Source of the DNA: the human T2T-CHM13v2.0 reference genome, Homo sapiens
Assembly: GCF_009914755.1 (NCBI RefSeq)
Contig: NC_060932.1
DNA length: 64,000 bases
Direction: 5' to 3' (one strand)
Position numbers and translations under genes: made by a program. Positions 50,520-64,000 of the stretch are shown one piece after another. The stretch's first letter is position 1. Every line of letters starts with the position of its first letter. The notes under the pieces were generated by a model that saw only the letters and a program-made list of their open reading frames with translations, was not told the origin of the DNA and searched no databases.

Positions 50520-51957
50520 TGGCAATTCCCAAATTTGTTTCTCTATTCCAGACTCATCCCTCTAAATCCTTAATACTATAGCTGATGTCTAACAGGTATC
50601 TCAAACTTAACAGTTCCAAAGCAGGATTCTTACAACCCTCTTACTTTGTCCAACCCACAGACAACAAATCTGCCCCCCACCATAGTCTCTTCTTCTTGGT
50701 GTATAGCAACTATATCCTTGGAATTGCTGGAGACAAAAATTTTGAGATCATCCTGAATTCCCCTCTTTCTTTCACATCTCACACATCACTCATCAATAAG
50801 CCCGTTAGCCTCTATCTTCAAAATATAATCATAATTGGATCATTTCTTAGCATTGTACTGCTGTCACCCTGCACCAAGAAACCACTAAGGATTACAATAG
50901 CCTCTGAATTGACCTTATTGTTCTGCCATTCCTCGTTCCCCAAGTCTGCCCTCAAGAGAGTAACTAGAGAGTGGTAGCTGACTACACTAATTTTCCCCAA
51001 TGAACCATGCCTTCTGGTATCCACACCCACATGTTGTCTCACACTGACTCTGGGCTGACTCTGTGACTTAGCACATATGAGGCAAACAGAAGGTTAAGGA
51101 GTGCTTGCTCTCCAGGAATGCTGCCAGCATCACAGAAGCAATCCCAACCTGGTGTAGCCTCCTTGAGGGTGAAAGTCCACATGGAGAGTGGGGGCCAGAC
51201 GTCCGGGCAATTGCAACGGAGTTCGGCCCCTAGCCAGTCCTTCGGCTGATGCAGCCACTTGAGTGTGGTCAGATGAAACCATCACATAACTGCCCAGTCA
51301 ACCCACAAGACAGGGAGAAAAATAAACCACCGCTGTTCTGAGCCACTGGCAACAACTAATTGACACAGAATCCTTTCAAAACATGCTTGTTTAGTTCATT
51401 CCTCTGCTCAAGATCCTCCAATGGCTTCCCATTTAACTCAGAGTAAAAGACAGTTCTAACAACAGCCTCCAACATCCTACACACCCTGTCCTCCTGTCAC
51501 TTTCTGATATAATCCGCCACCGCTGCCTTCTCCACCCCAACACATTGTCCTCTTCGCTTTTCCTAAAGTTCACCAGGCACAGGATATTCTTTTCCCAGAT
51601 AATCCCCTGGCCTCTTCTGTTTCCTCCTGATTAGAGGAGTACCCTCTAACAACCTATAGACAGCCCCATGCCTTCCTCCAGCCTCTCTTCCTCCTGCCCT
51701 GGGTGCTGTTTCCTGGAGTTCTTGTCACCGCTGCACCCAGTACTTGTTCATCTGGGTGCCTGTCTATTGATTGTTTCTCCAAGTGGAATGTGAGCTCCAT
51801 GAAGGCAAGGGCTTTGTCTTTGTTCTCTTCTGTATCCTCAGCCCAGAACGATGTCTTAATCCTGGTAATGGTCAATGAATATTTGCTGAAGAAAAATAAA
51901 TGAATGAATAAACTCATTTATGAGTTCAAATGAGTGAACTCAAAATGAATGAATGAA
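50520..51957 (+). mobile_element. L2 (3' part with AATG tail), interrupted by an MLT1 LTR at ~50970-51367
   Basis: TCTCAAACTTAACAG..., CTCTGCTCAAGATCCTCCAATGGCTTCCC, GAATGTGAGCTCCATGAAGGCAAGG, tail AAATGAATGAAT. Confidence 0.82.
50970..51367 (+). mobile_element. MLT1F/G-like LTR
   Basis: GTGGTAG...CCCCAATGAACCATGCC...AACTGCCCAGTCAACCCACA...TGAGCCACT...GACACA. Confidence 0.65.
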
Positions 51958-52979
51958 CTCAATCTAACACACATCCTTACTCCACACCCAAAGGACCACT
52001 CAAAACTATTCTACCGTCCATGTTATCGTTACTCAAGCTTAAATTGAACATGCTCACAAGATCCATAGTGAAGTGAAGGAGTCATGCCCTTGAGAAACCC
52101 ATAATCTAGACCAGCATGAAAGTAGGACACGTAAATACTCCCAGGATGGTCTGTAGGATGCTACGGCAAGAAACATAATGGAATATTTAGAAATATTCAA
52201 ATATTTGGAATATTTGAGAAATATTTTCCCCAGTATTAGGAAACAAAAACCTAGTCTTTAAATTACAGCACCCTAAAATCATAAAGTATTAAGCAAAAGT
52301 AAAAATGTTTAGAATGATTCTTTTAAAGCTATCTCAGAGATCAGTCCTCATTCTCCAATTCCCCACAAGTAAGCAGTTTTGTTTTCAAAGCCCATGAATA
52401 TCCCCTTAATAGATTTGTGTGCCTCCAAACACAGGAAATGTGAGCAGGAGTGTTTTGTCACCAAAGATGAAAAGTCAATTTCACATCACAGCAAGAAAAT
52501 CATTTTCCAAGAAGTTACACAAGTCAACAAACAACAATATTCAAACCTCTGGCACTGGCCTTGTCCAAGGAAATAACACTTAAATTTAAGGAGAGAAACA
52601 ACCCAAAGAGATTGGGGTGAAGTCACCTGTCTAGAAATTGACAAGATCGGTGACAAAACGTAAAAGCCAAGTTCTCAAGCTTTGCAAGGTTAACAGAAAT
52701 GTCTGTATAGATTGCAAACTGTAGGCCACTGGATGCTGTAACTTCTCCAAAATGCATAAAAATCCTGTCAATTATAAGCTAGTGAGCTTGACTTCCATCA
52801 TAAAAACTGTCAGATGAAAATGAGAAACTTCTTTACAAGCCCAGTATTAAATATGACTTGTCAAATCAGTTGTGTCCTGAGCTTGCTGATGGCAATGACC
52901 TCATGGCCCTGCAGTTTGCCATGTGTAAGCTCAATAAGGCTCCACTCCAGCAATGCAAAAACCTAATTGTGGAGAGCTG

Positions 52980-53470
52980 CAGTAGAACATGTTTGATGGT
53001 TTTGCCTTCCTCACATATCTCTCCTGGAGAAAGAGGGTTTCCTTCACTCTGCCCTGTCAGCAACTGTGCTTCACTTGCGGGTCCCCAGTGGGCATGTAGC
53101 CTAGCCCATCCAATCTGAAAATTGCACCTGCCAGCAATAGGAATTGCTTTGGTTTTGATCACAGGACTCAAATCCACCCAGTGAAGTTAATCCTGATACT
53201 TGGTGGAACTACTGAGAAAGAGGCTCTCTTTTACCTGTAAATCACTAAACTGATTAAATATAACCAGGAGCTTCTCTGAGCCAGTACAAGAAAAGAAGGT
53301 GCTTAAGAATAAAGACAACACAGAGGGAGGCAGAGCTGAGAGATGGAGCAAGAGGGACTGAGGACAGATCCATAATTTTCTGATTCTGCCTTAACTGAAG
53401 TTAGCTCTAACCCCAGTTCTTTGCCATCAGTGAGTAAACTACCCCCTTTTTCGTTAACCTGGTTTGATCA
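52980..53470 (+). mobile_element. MLT1K/L-like LTR, diverged
   Basis: AACACAGAGGGAGGCAGAGCTGAGAGATGGAG and related MLT1 3' blocks. Confidence 0.55.
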
Positions 53471-54092
53471 GCCTCCTACTTAATGTTAGTGCTGGGCACT
53501 TTGCCCCTCAACCAGCACCTCCCCCTATTGATTCAAATCTTCAGGCTCATCCTTGATGTAGCCCAGGAACGAGCCTGCTCTTCCCTAGGCTAGCAGGGGA
53601 ATCAGGGAATGAGAATTCAAAATCTCCAATAACCTCACTTTACATATTGCTGATCCCAGCCTGGACCTGTTTCAATAACTGAAATTTAGCCTTGCTCTTA
53701 TAAACACCCGGACTCCAGTTTCAGGTCCCGGGATCCTGTCTCACTAATCCTGTGCTTGAAAGTTCACCTTCAATAAATTTTTGCCCAGACACAATTCATC
53801 CATCTTTGATTTCAAATCGCCCAGAAAGTGTCTAGGATGTAATAGAGGTCTATTAGATGCTTGAGACATGTAATAACTACCTAATTGAATATTTTGAGCA
53901 GATGGTATTGTTTCCTGCCCAAAGCCCCCTTATCCAGCTGTTAGTGTTGCTGCTAGTGGCTCGGGCTGCACCCTTCTCTGAAGGCTATCCCTTGGCTTAC
54001 CCATCATAGCAATTCCCCTGGAAATGCCTGGAGGGTACACTTTCTGCCACAGCATAGAACATCTCATAGGCAATGGCTGATTGGCAGTGAAC

Positions 54093-55098
<1,006 letters not shown>

Positions 55099-56402
55099 CT
55101 TTGGGTAAGACAACTGCTGTGCGCAACTCACACTCCTGAGCCTTCAGTGGGATCTGCCCAAGGCCAACTTCCCCAGAAGCCTAGCTTTCTTTCCTACCTT
55201 CTTTTCTTGACTCATCCTGCTTCCCTTCCTCCCTCCTAGGTCTCTTTTGAGTGGTCCCTTAATAAATCACCTGTGTGAGAACTTCTCAGATTCAGCTTCT
55301 GGGGAACCTGGATGAGACACTAATGAAGCAGTATCTGTTAATGTTGTGGTTGCACAGAACAAGGAGAGGTCACATCACACTTCACGGGACAGTTGTCATT
55401 TGATATAGATGTTGAAGCATGAATAGGATTTCACAGGTGGAGGTGAGGAGAAGGTGCGACATTGCAAAAGGAACTGGTTGAGGAAAGGCCCAGAGACAGA
55501 TCAGTGTAGCAGAAACATTAAGTGTACATGAAAGAATGAGAAGCCAAGAGGACATTTTTCATTTCCTGTTTTTACCTTCCATAAGTGCCCCTCCATAGTG
55601 TTGTGGCTGGTCATACATTGAAAGTTCAGTAGAGTCACGATTTTCATCCTATGCTGTTTGTTAGTGTCCAGAACCCAGAAGAGCCAGCTGGAAGAATACG
55701 TGAATCAGTGCCAGACTGAACGTATGGGCTGAGGAGGGATGCCAAAGCTTTACACTCAATAGAGAAAGGGAAATAATCCTCCCAATGTATTTATATTCAC
55801 TGGAATACTCCTAGGGAGAAAGAATTTCAGTGGCTAATTCCAAAAAGGAGAACTGAAGAGTAAAGGCTTTGTAATGGGATGAGAGAAATTGGAGATGCAG
55901 TAAACAGCAGATCAACTAACAGGGAAGGGGCCTGGACATGTTTGGGATCGTGTCTATGAGAAATCATATTTATTACTCATTACAATCTTAGGAGAATGTT
56001 GTCCAGAAGCTGAGGATGAGAGATAAGCAGCAAGCCAGTGCATTATCAGGGTGGGCAAAGGCTTTACCAATCAACTCCCAAAGCTTGCTTCTTCTTTGTC
56101 AAACAGTTCAAAACGAACACTCCTGAGCAGATAAATACTTTTCTTCATCATGTGAGAAAGGAAGGGTAGATCCTAGGAACTGTTTAGGTTAAATAAGTGT
56201 TGGAAAAGCAGAACTGTATAGAGGATAGGGCTGGTCTCTTCGGTGCCTGCCGTGGAAACAGAGTTTAACAACCAAGTGACTAAGAAAAGAACCAACTTCA
56301 CAGACTCCAAACTTCCCTCCCTGAGAGGCGAAACCCCCACGTGGCCTGCATATGTATAATGCAATGCTCTAATGAGGCAAAATTCCAGTGATAATAAACA
56401 TG

Positions 56403-56710
56403 GGTTGGGCACAGTGGCTCATGCCTGTAATCCCAGCACTTTGGGAAGCCAAGCCAGGAGGATCACTTGAGCCCAGGAGTTTGAGACCAGCCTAAGCAGC
56501 TTGGCAAGACACTCATCTCTACAAAAAATAAAAAATTAGCCAGGCATGGTGGTGTGAGCCTATAGTCCCAGCTACATGGGAGGCTGGGATGGGAGGATCA
56601 CTTGAGCCCAGGAGACGGAGGCTGCAGTAAGCCATGAGCCAGGATCATTCCACTGTACTCCAGCATGGCCAACAGAGTGAGACTCTGTTTCAAAATTAAA
56701 ATTAAAATTA
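56403..56710 (+). mobile_element. AluJ with (TAAAAT)n tail
   Basis: GGAGGATCACTTGAGCCCAGGAG in both arms; TSD AAACATG. Confidence 0.92.
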
Positions 56711-56859
56711 AAACATGAATGAAGAGAGGGAAACACCCTGGTTGCAAGAAGCTAGACAATCGAGAATTTCAAAGTGATATTTTATTGTACTTGGCATAGT
56801 CTCACTGCCCACTGCAAAAAGTGGATTGTAATAAATACTTATTTTATTAAGCTAACTTT

Positions 56860-56975
56860 CTCTTGCTCTAAGCATTTGACCTTGTTAGGCTCTAGGTCTC
56901 TCATCTGTAAAATGTACCTATAATTGCCATCATGCCTTGCTTCACAGGATTGTGTTAAGTGAGATAATTCACCAG
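56860..56975 (+). mobile_element. MIR fragment
   Basis: TCTCATCTGTAAAATG...CACAGGATTGTGTTAAGTGAGATAA. Confidence 0.6.
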
Positions 56976-59199
56976 AGTTTTCTTTGTAAACCCTCAGGCA
57001 CCATGCAAACATATTCACCTTCTCTAAAAGCAACAACCCAGCAATATTAAGATGTTAATTATTTTGCATTGGTTGTAATTAAGAGGAAGGTCAAAATGGT
57101 GACTTAATAAAAGTGCCAAGAACACAAGAGATAGAAAAGGAAAACTGCTTTTTATGAGAAATAGCATTAACCTATGGCAATCTCATTTTATTGTGTGCTT
57201 TCCATGCTCTATTCCAAGCTTGGGACAATCAGTTTTCTGAGGAAGCAGATGGATGTTGGTGGATATGTGACCTGCCCACAACAACTACACAGTTTTATGG
57301 TGCTTTAAAGCATCCCAAAGATCAAAACCAAAAACAAAGTTTCAGAGCTTGTCAAAACTAGTCTAATTAAAGCAGCAAATGTGCTAACTAGCAAATGCGC
57401 CTCTGCAGTGAGATAACTCAGGCACTGTCAGCTGCAAAGCATGCTGGAGTCTTGCTGACTTGGGTTGGTGGGAAGAAGAATAAAGCTAAAAATGAAGGAT
57501 GAGGGATGTGGGATGAAGGGCTTCAGATTCTAAGGGAAGTGGGTTCCAGTGGCCCAAAACAAACCATTCAGGGGTATAGTGTACTAAGTCTTAGTTGGGC
57601 CTGGCTGTAGTGCTCCAGAAACTCCAAGCTTGTGGGGGGAGGATATAAGAGCCAATGGAGAGTTCATTTGAAAAGAGGGCCCTAGCCAGTGGTTGGTAGC
57701 ATTGGTGTCAGTACAGGAGCTTGGTCAAGAGCTGTCCAAGGTGCTGAGAATACAAACATGTATCAAACTCAGTCTTAGTAACCAAGAAACTAACAGGATA
57801 GTGGGGAAGACAAAAACATAAGCAGGGTGTTTTGACACAATAATAACAACAGATACCATTTATTGATTCTTTATGCAGTGCCAGGCTGTGTGCTAGGCAT
57901 TGTTTCAAACATAAATAGACCTTTACACAATCCTTCACATACTGGCCCTACCAACATCTCTAACCTCTTCTAAGTAACATTTATGAAACAATCCCACATT
58001 CTCAGGCACACTCCTGAGAATATTATAAAATCTAGCTCAGGAACCATATGAGCACAAGGGTGGTCCCCAGAACTTGTTATAAAACTTGTCCAACCCTCCT
58101 GGAAAAAGATTATTGGAGTACTTACTCAAATTGATCTAATAATAGTGCTTTTTTTAAAAAGAAATTGGATTGGAATCCATTATTCTTGCCTCATCCTGTC
58201 TCTTAAAGAGAGACAATGTAAGCTAGGGAGTCATTTGTAGTCCTGACGACTGAGAAGCAGGTAAATCAGCCTGCAGTGAGAATTATCCAATAGACACAGA
58301 GAAAGAAACAAGAGATAGAAAATGGAAAACCTTTCCGATCTCTTATAGTTCTACAAACACTAATTTGGGCTCCTACCAGAGGTCCAGCTGTATTCCTCCT
58401 TTGGAACCCATGACATGGCCATGAAACTTGATGACAAATGTCCCCATGTGGTTAAGTTGCTTAGGTAAGCCTCTTTTCTTGCAACAAAGAGTCATGACTC
58501 TGCATCACCCAAGGACACCTAGACTGTAATCCAGGATTCAAAGCATAGTTACTACCATACATTTTAACTTCTTCCACTTCCTCTTCTGATAATTTCCCTG
58601 CACACCCTTATTCTATGCTCCAGCCATACCAAACAACTGGCAATTATGTAAACCTTCCCTACATTCTATTATCTACCTTCCACTGCAAATGTTGCTCTCT
58701 CTGCCTACATAAAGTTTCCTTCCTTTCTTGCACTGGTGCACTCATATTTAACATGCAGGACTCAGTCAAAAGCATTTCTAAGGCTCAAATGTGATGTTTT
58801 GTCTCCCAGTCACATCCCCATGTCAGTACTCCTGGCTTTTCCAGTATTCCAGGCTGCTGCCAGGTTCAGTGTCTTCTCTGCACACAGCATTAACCAGTCT
58901 GTCTTCCCCAACACATGCAGCAGCAAGGACCATGCCTTTTCTCTCTTTGTCAAGACTGTCTGGCATAGCACAGATATACAAGCATTTAGAAACACAAGCA
59001 GTATTCATTGTGGGGATGAACAATTAAAATTAACATTTTTTGTTTTACACACTTCTTCCAGTACAATGAAAGATGGTTGAAACTTGGTTCAGGTAAGAAA
59101 AAAATACTGACTGAGTTTCTTTAGATAAATCTCATGCCATCATGGGATAATAGGATTCAAAAGAACTACAGAGGCTAGCTACATGGTCTTTATTGCTGA

Positions 59200-59852
59200 A
59201 TAAATTACCCCCTAACTGGTCTGCCTGAATCTTCTTTTGTCCCATCACCATTCACTCTCCACACAGGAGCCAGAATGATCTTGCTGGGAAATGCAAATCA
59301 GACTGTAACCCTACTTAGTTTAAAACCCTTCAGTAACTTTCTATTGACTCCAGAATGAAGTGCAAACATTTTGCCATAGTCTATAAGACCCTACACAGTC
59401 TAGCCCAAGTGTACCCCTCTTATGCCATTTCTTCTCCCTCAGTTTATTTCTAGAACTATTACTAATCTTTCATTCCAACTTGCCAAGTTTGCTTCTTCTT
59501 TAGAGACATTGCATTGTTTTTTTCTCTCAACTGGAACAATCAGCTTCTACATTTTCAGATGGCTAAATTTTAATTCAAATAATACCTCTCTTAGAGTCCT
59601 CCCTCTTCCTCAGTCTAAAGTAGCTTCCTCCCTCCCCACACCACTTCCTACATCACTACTCTCTTCTATTATTTGCACACCTATCACATCTTTATCATAT
59701 TTGTTGGTTTGTACCTGTACTTACTCTCTTTTCTAGAATATAAACTCTTTGATGGCAGAGACCATGACTATTTTGTTCATTGGTCTATCCCAGTACCTAG
59801 AATACTTTCTGACAAATACTGTATGTTCTCAATAAACAAATATAAATGGAAT
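59200..59852 (+). mobile_element. L2 3' part
   Basis: CTCTCCACACAGGAGCCAGAATGATC, TTTAAAACCCTTCAG, TAGAATATAAACTC...GGCAGAGACC, CTCAATAAAC. Confidence 0.8.
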
Positions 59853-60543
59853 CACTGGATGAGTTCAAGTGCTGGCTTTTATTATTTGGATGACCTTTGG
59901 AAAAATCACACGTTTTCTCTGAGTTTTTGTTTCCTCATCTATTATTTAAAAAATTAAGAACCCTAATAAAAAATACCTTACCTAACTTCAGAGTGGCATG
60001 GTTCCATGATGGTGAGCCATTAGTGGATATTAGAATAAAGGGAACTTGCCCTTGAGTAACTTTTTAAATGACATATCCTTAATGCAAATACTAAAGTTGT
60101 ACAAGTCTGATGTCAAGACTGCTCATCATAAACCCAGCTGAGTATGTTTAGCTGGAGTAAAAATGAAACCTAATCATTCACTTAATAATCATCTCAGTAT
60201 TTCTAGAATATTCATCCTGTCCATTTTATAGCCTGCAAATTGCATCATAAAATTCACAAACACGTATGATCTGCTCTTGCATTAATCTCTGCCTGCCAGC
60301 CTATGTGGAGAGGAGGCATCTGAGTTTATCTAACATTAGTGATGGCATCAGCTGTTGGTCCCATGGCCCCAGCTCGGCAGCTCTCAAAAGCAGAAAGGAT
60401 AAAAGTTTGAGCCTGACTAGAACTAGACCATCATTTATCCTCCACCCTATTTCCCAAGCAGTCAACTGGACTTTCAGAGAAAATTACTGTCAAAGTCACA
60501 ATTCTCCCCAACATTTAATGGTGGCAGTATGGAAAGAGATTAA

Positions 60544-60972
<429 letters not shown>

Positions 60973-61071
60973 GCTTGTAACATTTTTAAATTATTACTCC
61001 ACTGTCTTCTTGACTCAACTGTTACTGTTGTGAAGTCTAATGCCGAGATGATTTGTGTTCTTTAGTGGGTA

Positions 61072-61074
<3 letters not shown>

Positions 61075-61116
<42 letters not shown>
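61075..61116. repeat. (CT)n microsatellite
   Basis: Read directly. Confidence 0.95.
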
Positions 61117-61129
61117 AGCTTTTCAAGAA

Positions 61130-61387
61130 GCAAGAGTCCCTGGTGGTTAAAATCCCAGACACTGGAGCAAGAGATTGCTGGCTTCAGGTCTCAGCTGCCA
61201 CATGTCCTGGCTATAAGATCTGGGGCAAGTTATTTAGACTCCCTGTCCTTCAATGTCCTCATGTGTAAAATGGGGATAATATGAGTGGTCACATCTTAAG
61301 ACTGCTCTAAGGGCTAAATAAGTTCACCCATGTGAAGTGCTTAAGACAGTGACTGCCAGCAGCACTGGATAAATGTTATCTGTTATC
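61130..61387 (+). mobile_element. MIR
   Basis: GGGCAAGTTATTTA...CCTCATGTGTAAAATGGGGATAAT...GTGCTTAAGACAGTG. Confidence 0.85.
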
Positions 61388-61442
61388 ATCTTTGGATTTT
61401 CTCTTTTTCTTTGATAGACTTAAATCTTTCTCTAATATGTAA

Positions 61443-61965
<523 letters not shown>

Positions 61966-62599
61966 TATTGCACATAATTATAATCAAGAGTTGTGATCAT
62001 TCTTTAATTCTGAATAATTCTAAGTCATTTTTTCCTCCACTACTCTCTCCCTTCCATTGATTTTTGCCTTTCCTTCCAGGACTTCCAGTATAAGATGATG
62101 AACATTTCTCCAACTCATTACTCCTTCTTGATGCCTTTGGGAGAGTTCCTCAAACTGGCTTTCTAGGTAATTTGTTCTTTGGCCACAGGCATTCTGCCAT
62201 GTAGCCTATCTATTGTGTTCTTTATTTTCACATAATATTTTTTCCCACCATACATTTCAATTTGACTCTGTTTTATTAACTCCTTGCTCCTGCTTCCTAT
62301 CCTGTCTTATCTCTGTGGGAAAATTTATTATGCTTCTTTTGAATTTATGACCTATCTAGACCATTAATTTTTATTTGTATATTATAGCTGAATCTCATTA
62401 TCTTGTCTTTCTTTTATAGTGACTGTGTCCCTCAGGTGTGTGGTTAGTTTTTTCTGTGACATTATTTTCCCCTGGAGAGTATCAGGCACCAATTGATGCC
62501 ATTCATAGTAAAGGGCTATTAGGGGTATTAGATAACACTACCCACACAATTGTAGAGTGTTCTGCATTATGAAATTTTGTTTCTCACCACAATTTGTTG

Positions 62600-63985
62600 T
62601 GTCCAATTGTTGTGTCCCATAGTGACATCATCCTTCTCTTTGGGGACTAAGATTTCTAGACGATCAGATGCCTAAATTCTTGAGATGGAAAGCAAAATCT
62701 CTGCAAGTGGATTATTAACATAGAGGTTGCAGTCTCAATTTCACCCCTTCATTTCTAAACCCATGTATTCTGGCTATGGAAAAGATATGTAACCGTCTCT
62801 GATTCAAAACATACATGGCCAAACATACATTGCATCCTGTAATACAAAATCCCAAATTTTAAAGATGTACTTACAGTTGTCTCCTAACTCATTACTCCAG
62901 GGAATAGTTGTCTCCTAACTGTAAGTACATCTTTAGTAAGCCATTAGCATTTTGATTAGATCAGAGACTTCTGGCTGAGTGTAATACCTCTGGCTGGTAG
63001 TAATACCTGATCATATCATGGTTATAAGTGCATTGTTGCACATTTTTTGGCTAGGAAATGTGTTCCTGGGTTAGAAACAATTCTATGCAGAATGGCATGA
63101 TACTGGACAAGGCATTCTATGAGTGTGAGGGTGGTGATGTTAGCACAAACACTGTGAGCAAGAAAGGTAAATCTATACCCAGAATATGTTTATTTCAGCG
63201 CAGATAAATCTTTATCCTCTTTATGATGGAAGAGGTTCAACGCAATAAACAAACTGCCTGGTGGCTGGCTGATCCTCCAGGGAATGGTGCAATGTCAGTG
63301 CTTATTGCTGCTTTCCACATTTGGAAGACTAGGCACTTAGCAGTAGTGTTAGCCAGGTCAGTCTTGGCAATAGCAGGTCCATGGTGCTGAGCTCACAAGT
63401 TGAGGGAAAGGAGGCAATGCAACAGTGTAGAAGGAGTCAAAGCCATCTGCTCATGCAGCTTATTTGTACCTTCCAAACCTGGCCAAGCTGTCTCATACAT
63501 ATCATTTTCACCAGATGATATATCACCGCTATGTACTCCCACAGTGTGTCAGAAACACTCAATACATGATGTGAAACTCAGCCCACATGGTCTCCGGGTG
63601 TTTCATGGTTAGGCAATCACAAGGACCAGGAGCAAGCCAGAATATATCTCTCAAAAGAAAAATAGTTACTTTCAGAAAAGGGAATGGATTTGCTCCAAAG
63701 CCCTAGAGGTCTGCACTGCAATTCTTTTGTTGTTGTGGTCCAGAGGCTTCATACAGTCTCCCTATTTTCACTGGCACTCTAAGTATCATTGTATCTGCTA
63801 GATCATGAGACCCCAGTGACAGAGAAAGTTGCACTGTAGCCTACCTTACTGCAAGAGGCTTCTCTTGTCCTGGTCTCCAGTTGAAAATGGCAGCCTTGCA
63901 ATAACTCTCGATGTGTCAAAGTCGCACACTCAACTGTATTATATGTTGCCTCCAAAATCCAAAAAGACCTAACTTGCTTTTAAAA
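62600..63985 (-). mobile_element. ERVL-class pol remnant (RT thumb/connection and integrase)
   Basis: Minus strand encodes GLFGFWRQHI (~63970-63940), KAAIFNW.PGQEK, KTDLANTTAKC.VFQ (integrase Zn region, ~63370-63320) and LIECLVQYHAILHRIVSNPGTHF (~63125-63055), matching ERVL pol motifs FGFWRQHI and IPHSIASDQGTHF. Confidence 0.85.
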
Positions 63986-64000
63986 AATTTTTTTTCCAAG

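Overview
This is primate, human-like genomic DNA: Alu, L1PA/L1M, L2, MIR, THE1/MLT1, ERVL, MER1, MER50, MER11 and Tigger1 repeats make up roughly half or more of the window. I recognise no intact protein-coding gene, tRNA, rRNA or CRISPR array. The listed ORFs I can identify are decayed transposon fragments (L1 ORF1/ORF2, ERVL gag/pol, Tigger1 transposase) or Alu and simple-repeat read-throughs. I found no convincing new biological system. The best leads are: (1) a chain of minus-strand candidate exons with GTAAGT donors ending at an AATAAA (43762-43705, 30492-30367, 28680-28562, 24982-~24690), suggesting a spliced lncRNA with a possible small ORF; (2) an old L1 reduced to 5' end plus 3' end between candidate TSDs; (3) an inverted L1 ORF1 duplicate; (4) a template-switch-like hairpin at 62.9 kb; (5) a CTCF motif in a MER91-like element; (6) several nested insertions and motif-dense unique segments. 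Repeat subfamily names come from my recall of consensus sequences, not from an alignment, and boundaries without TSDs are approximate.
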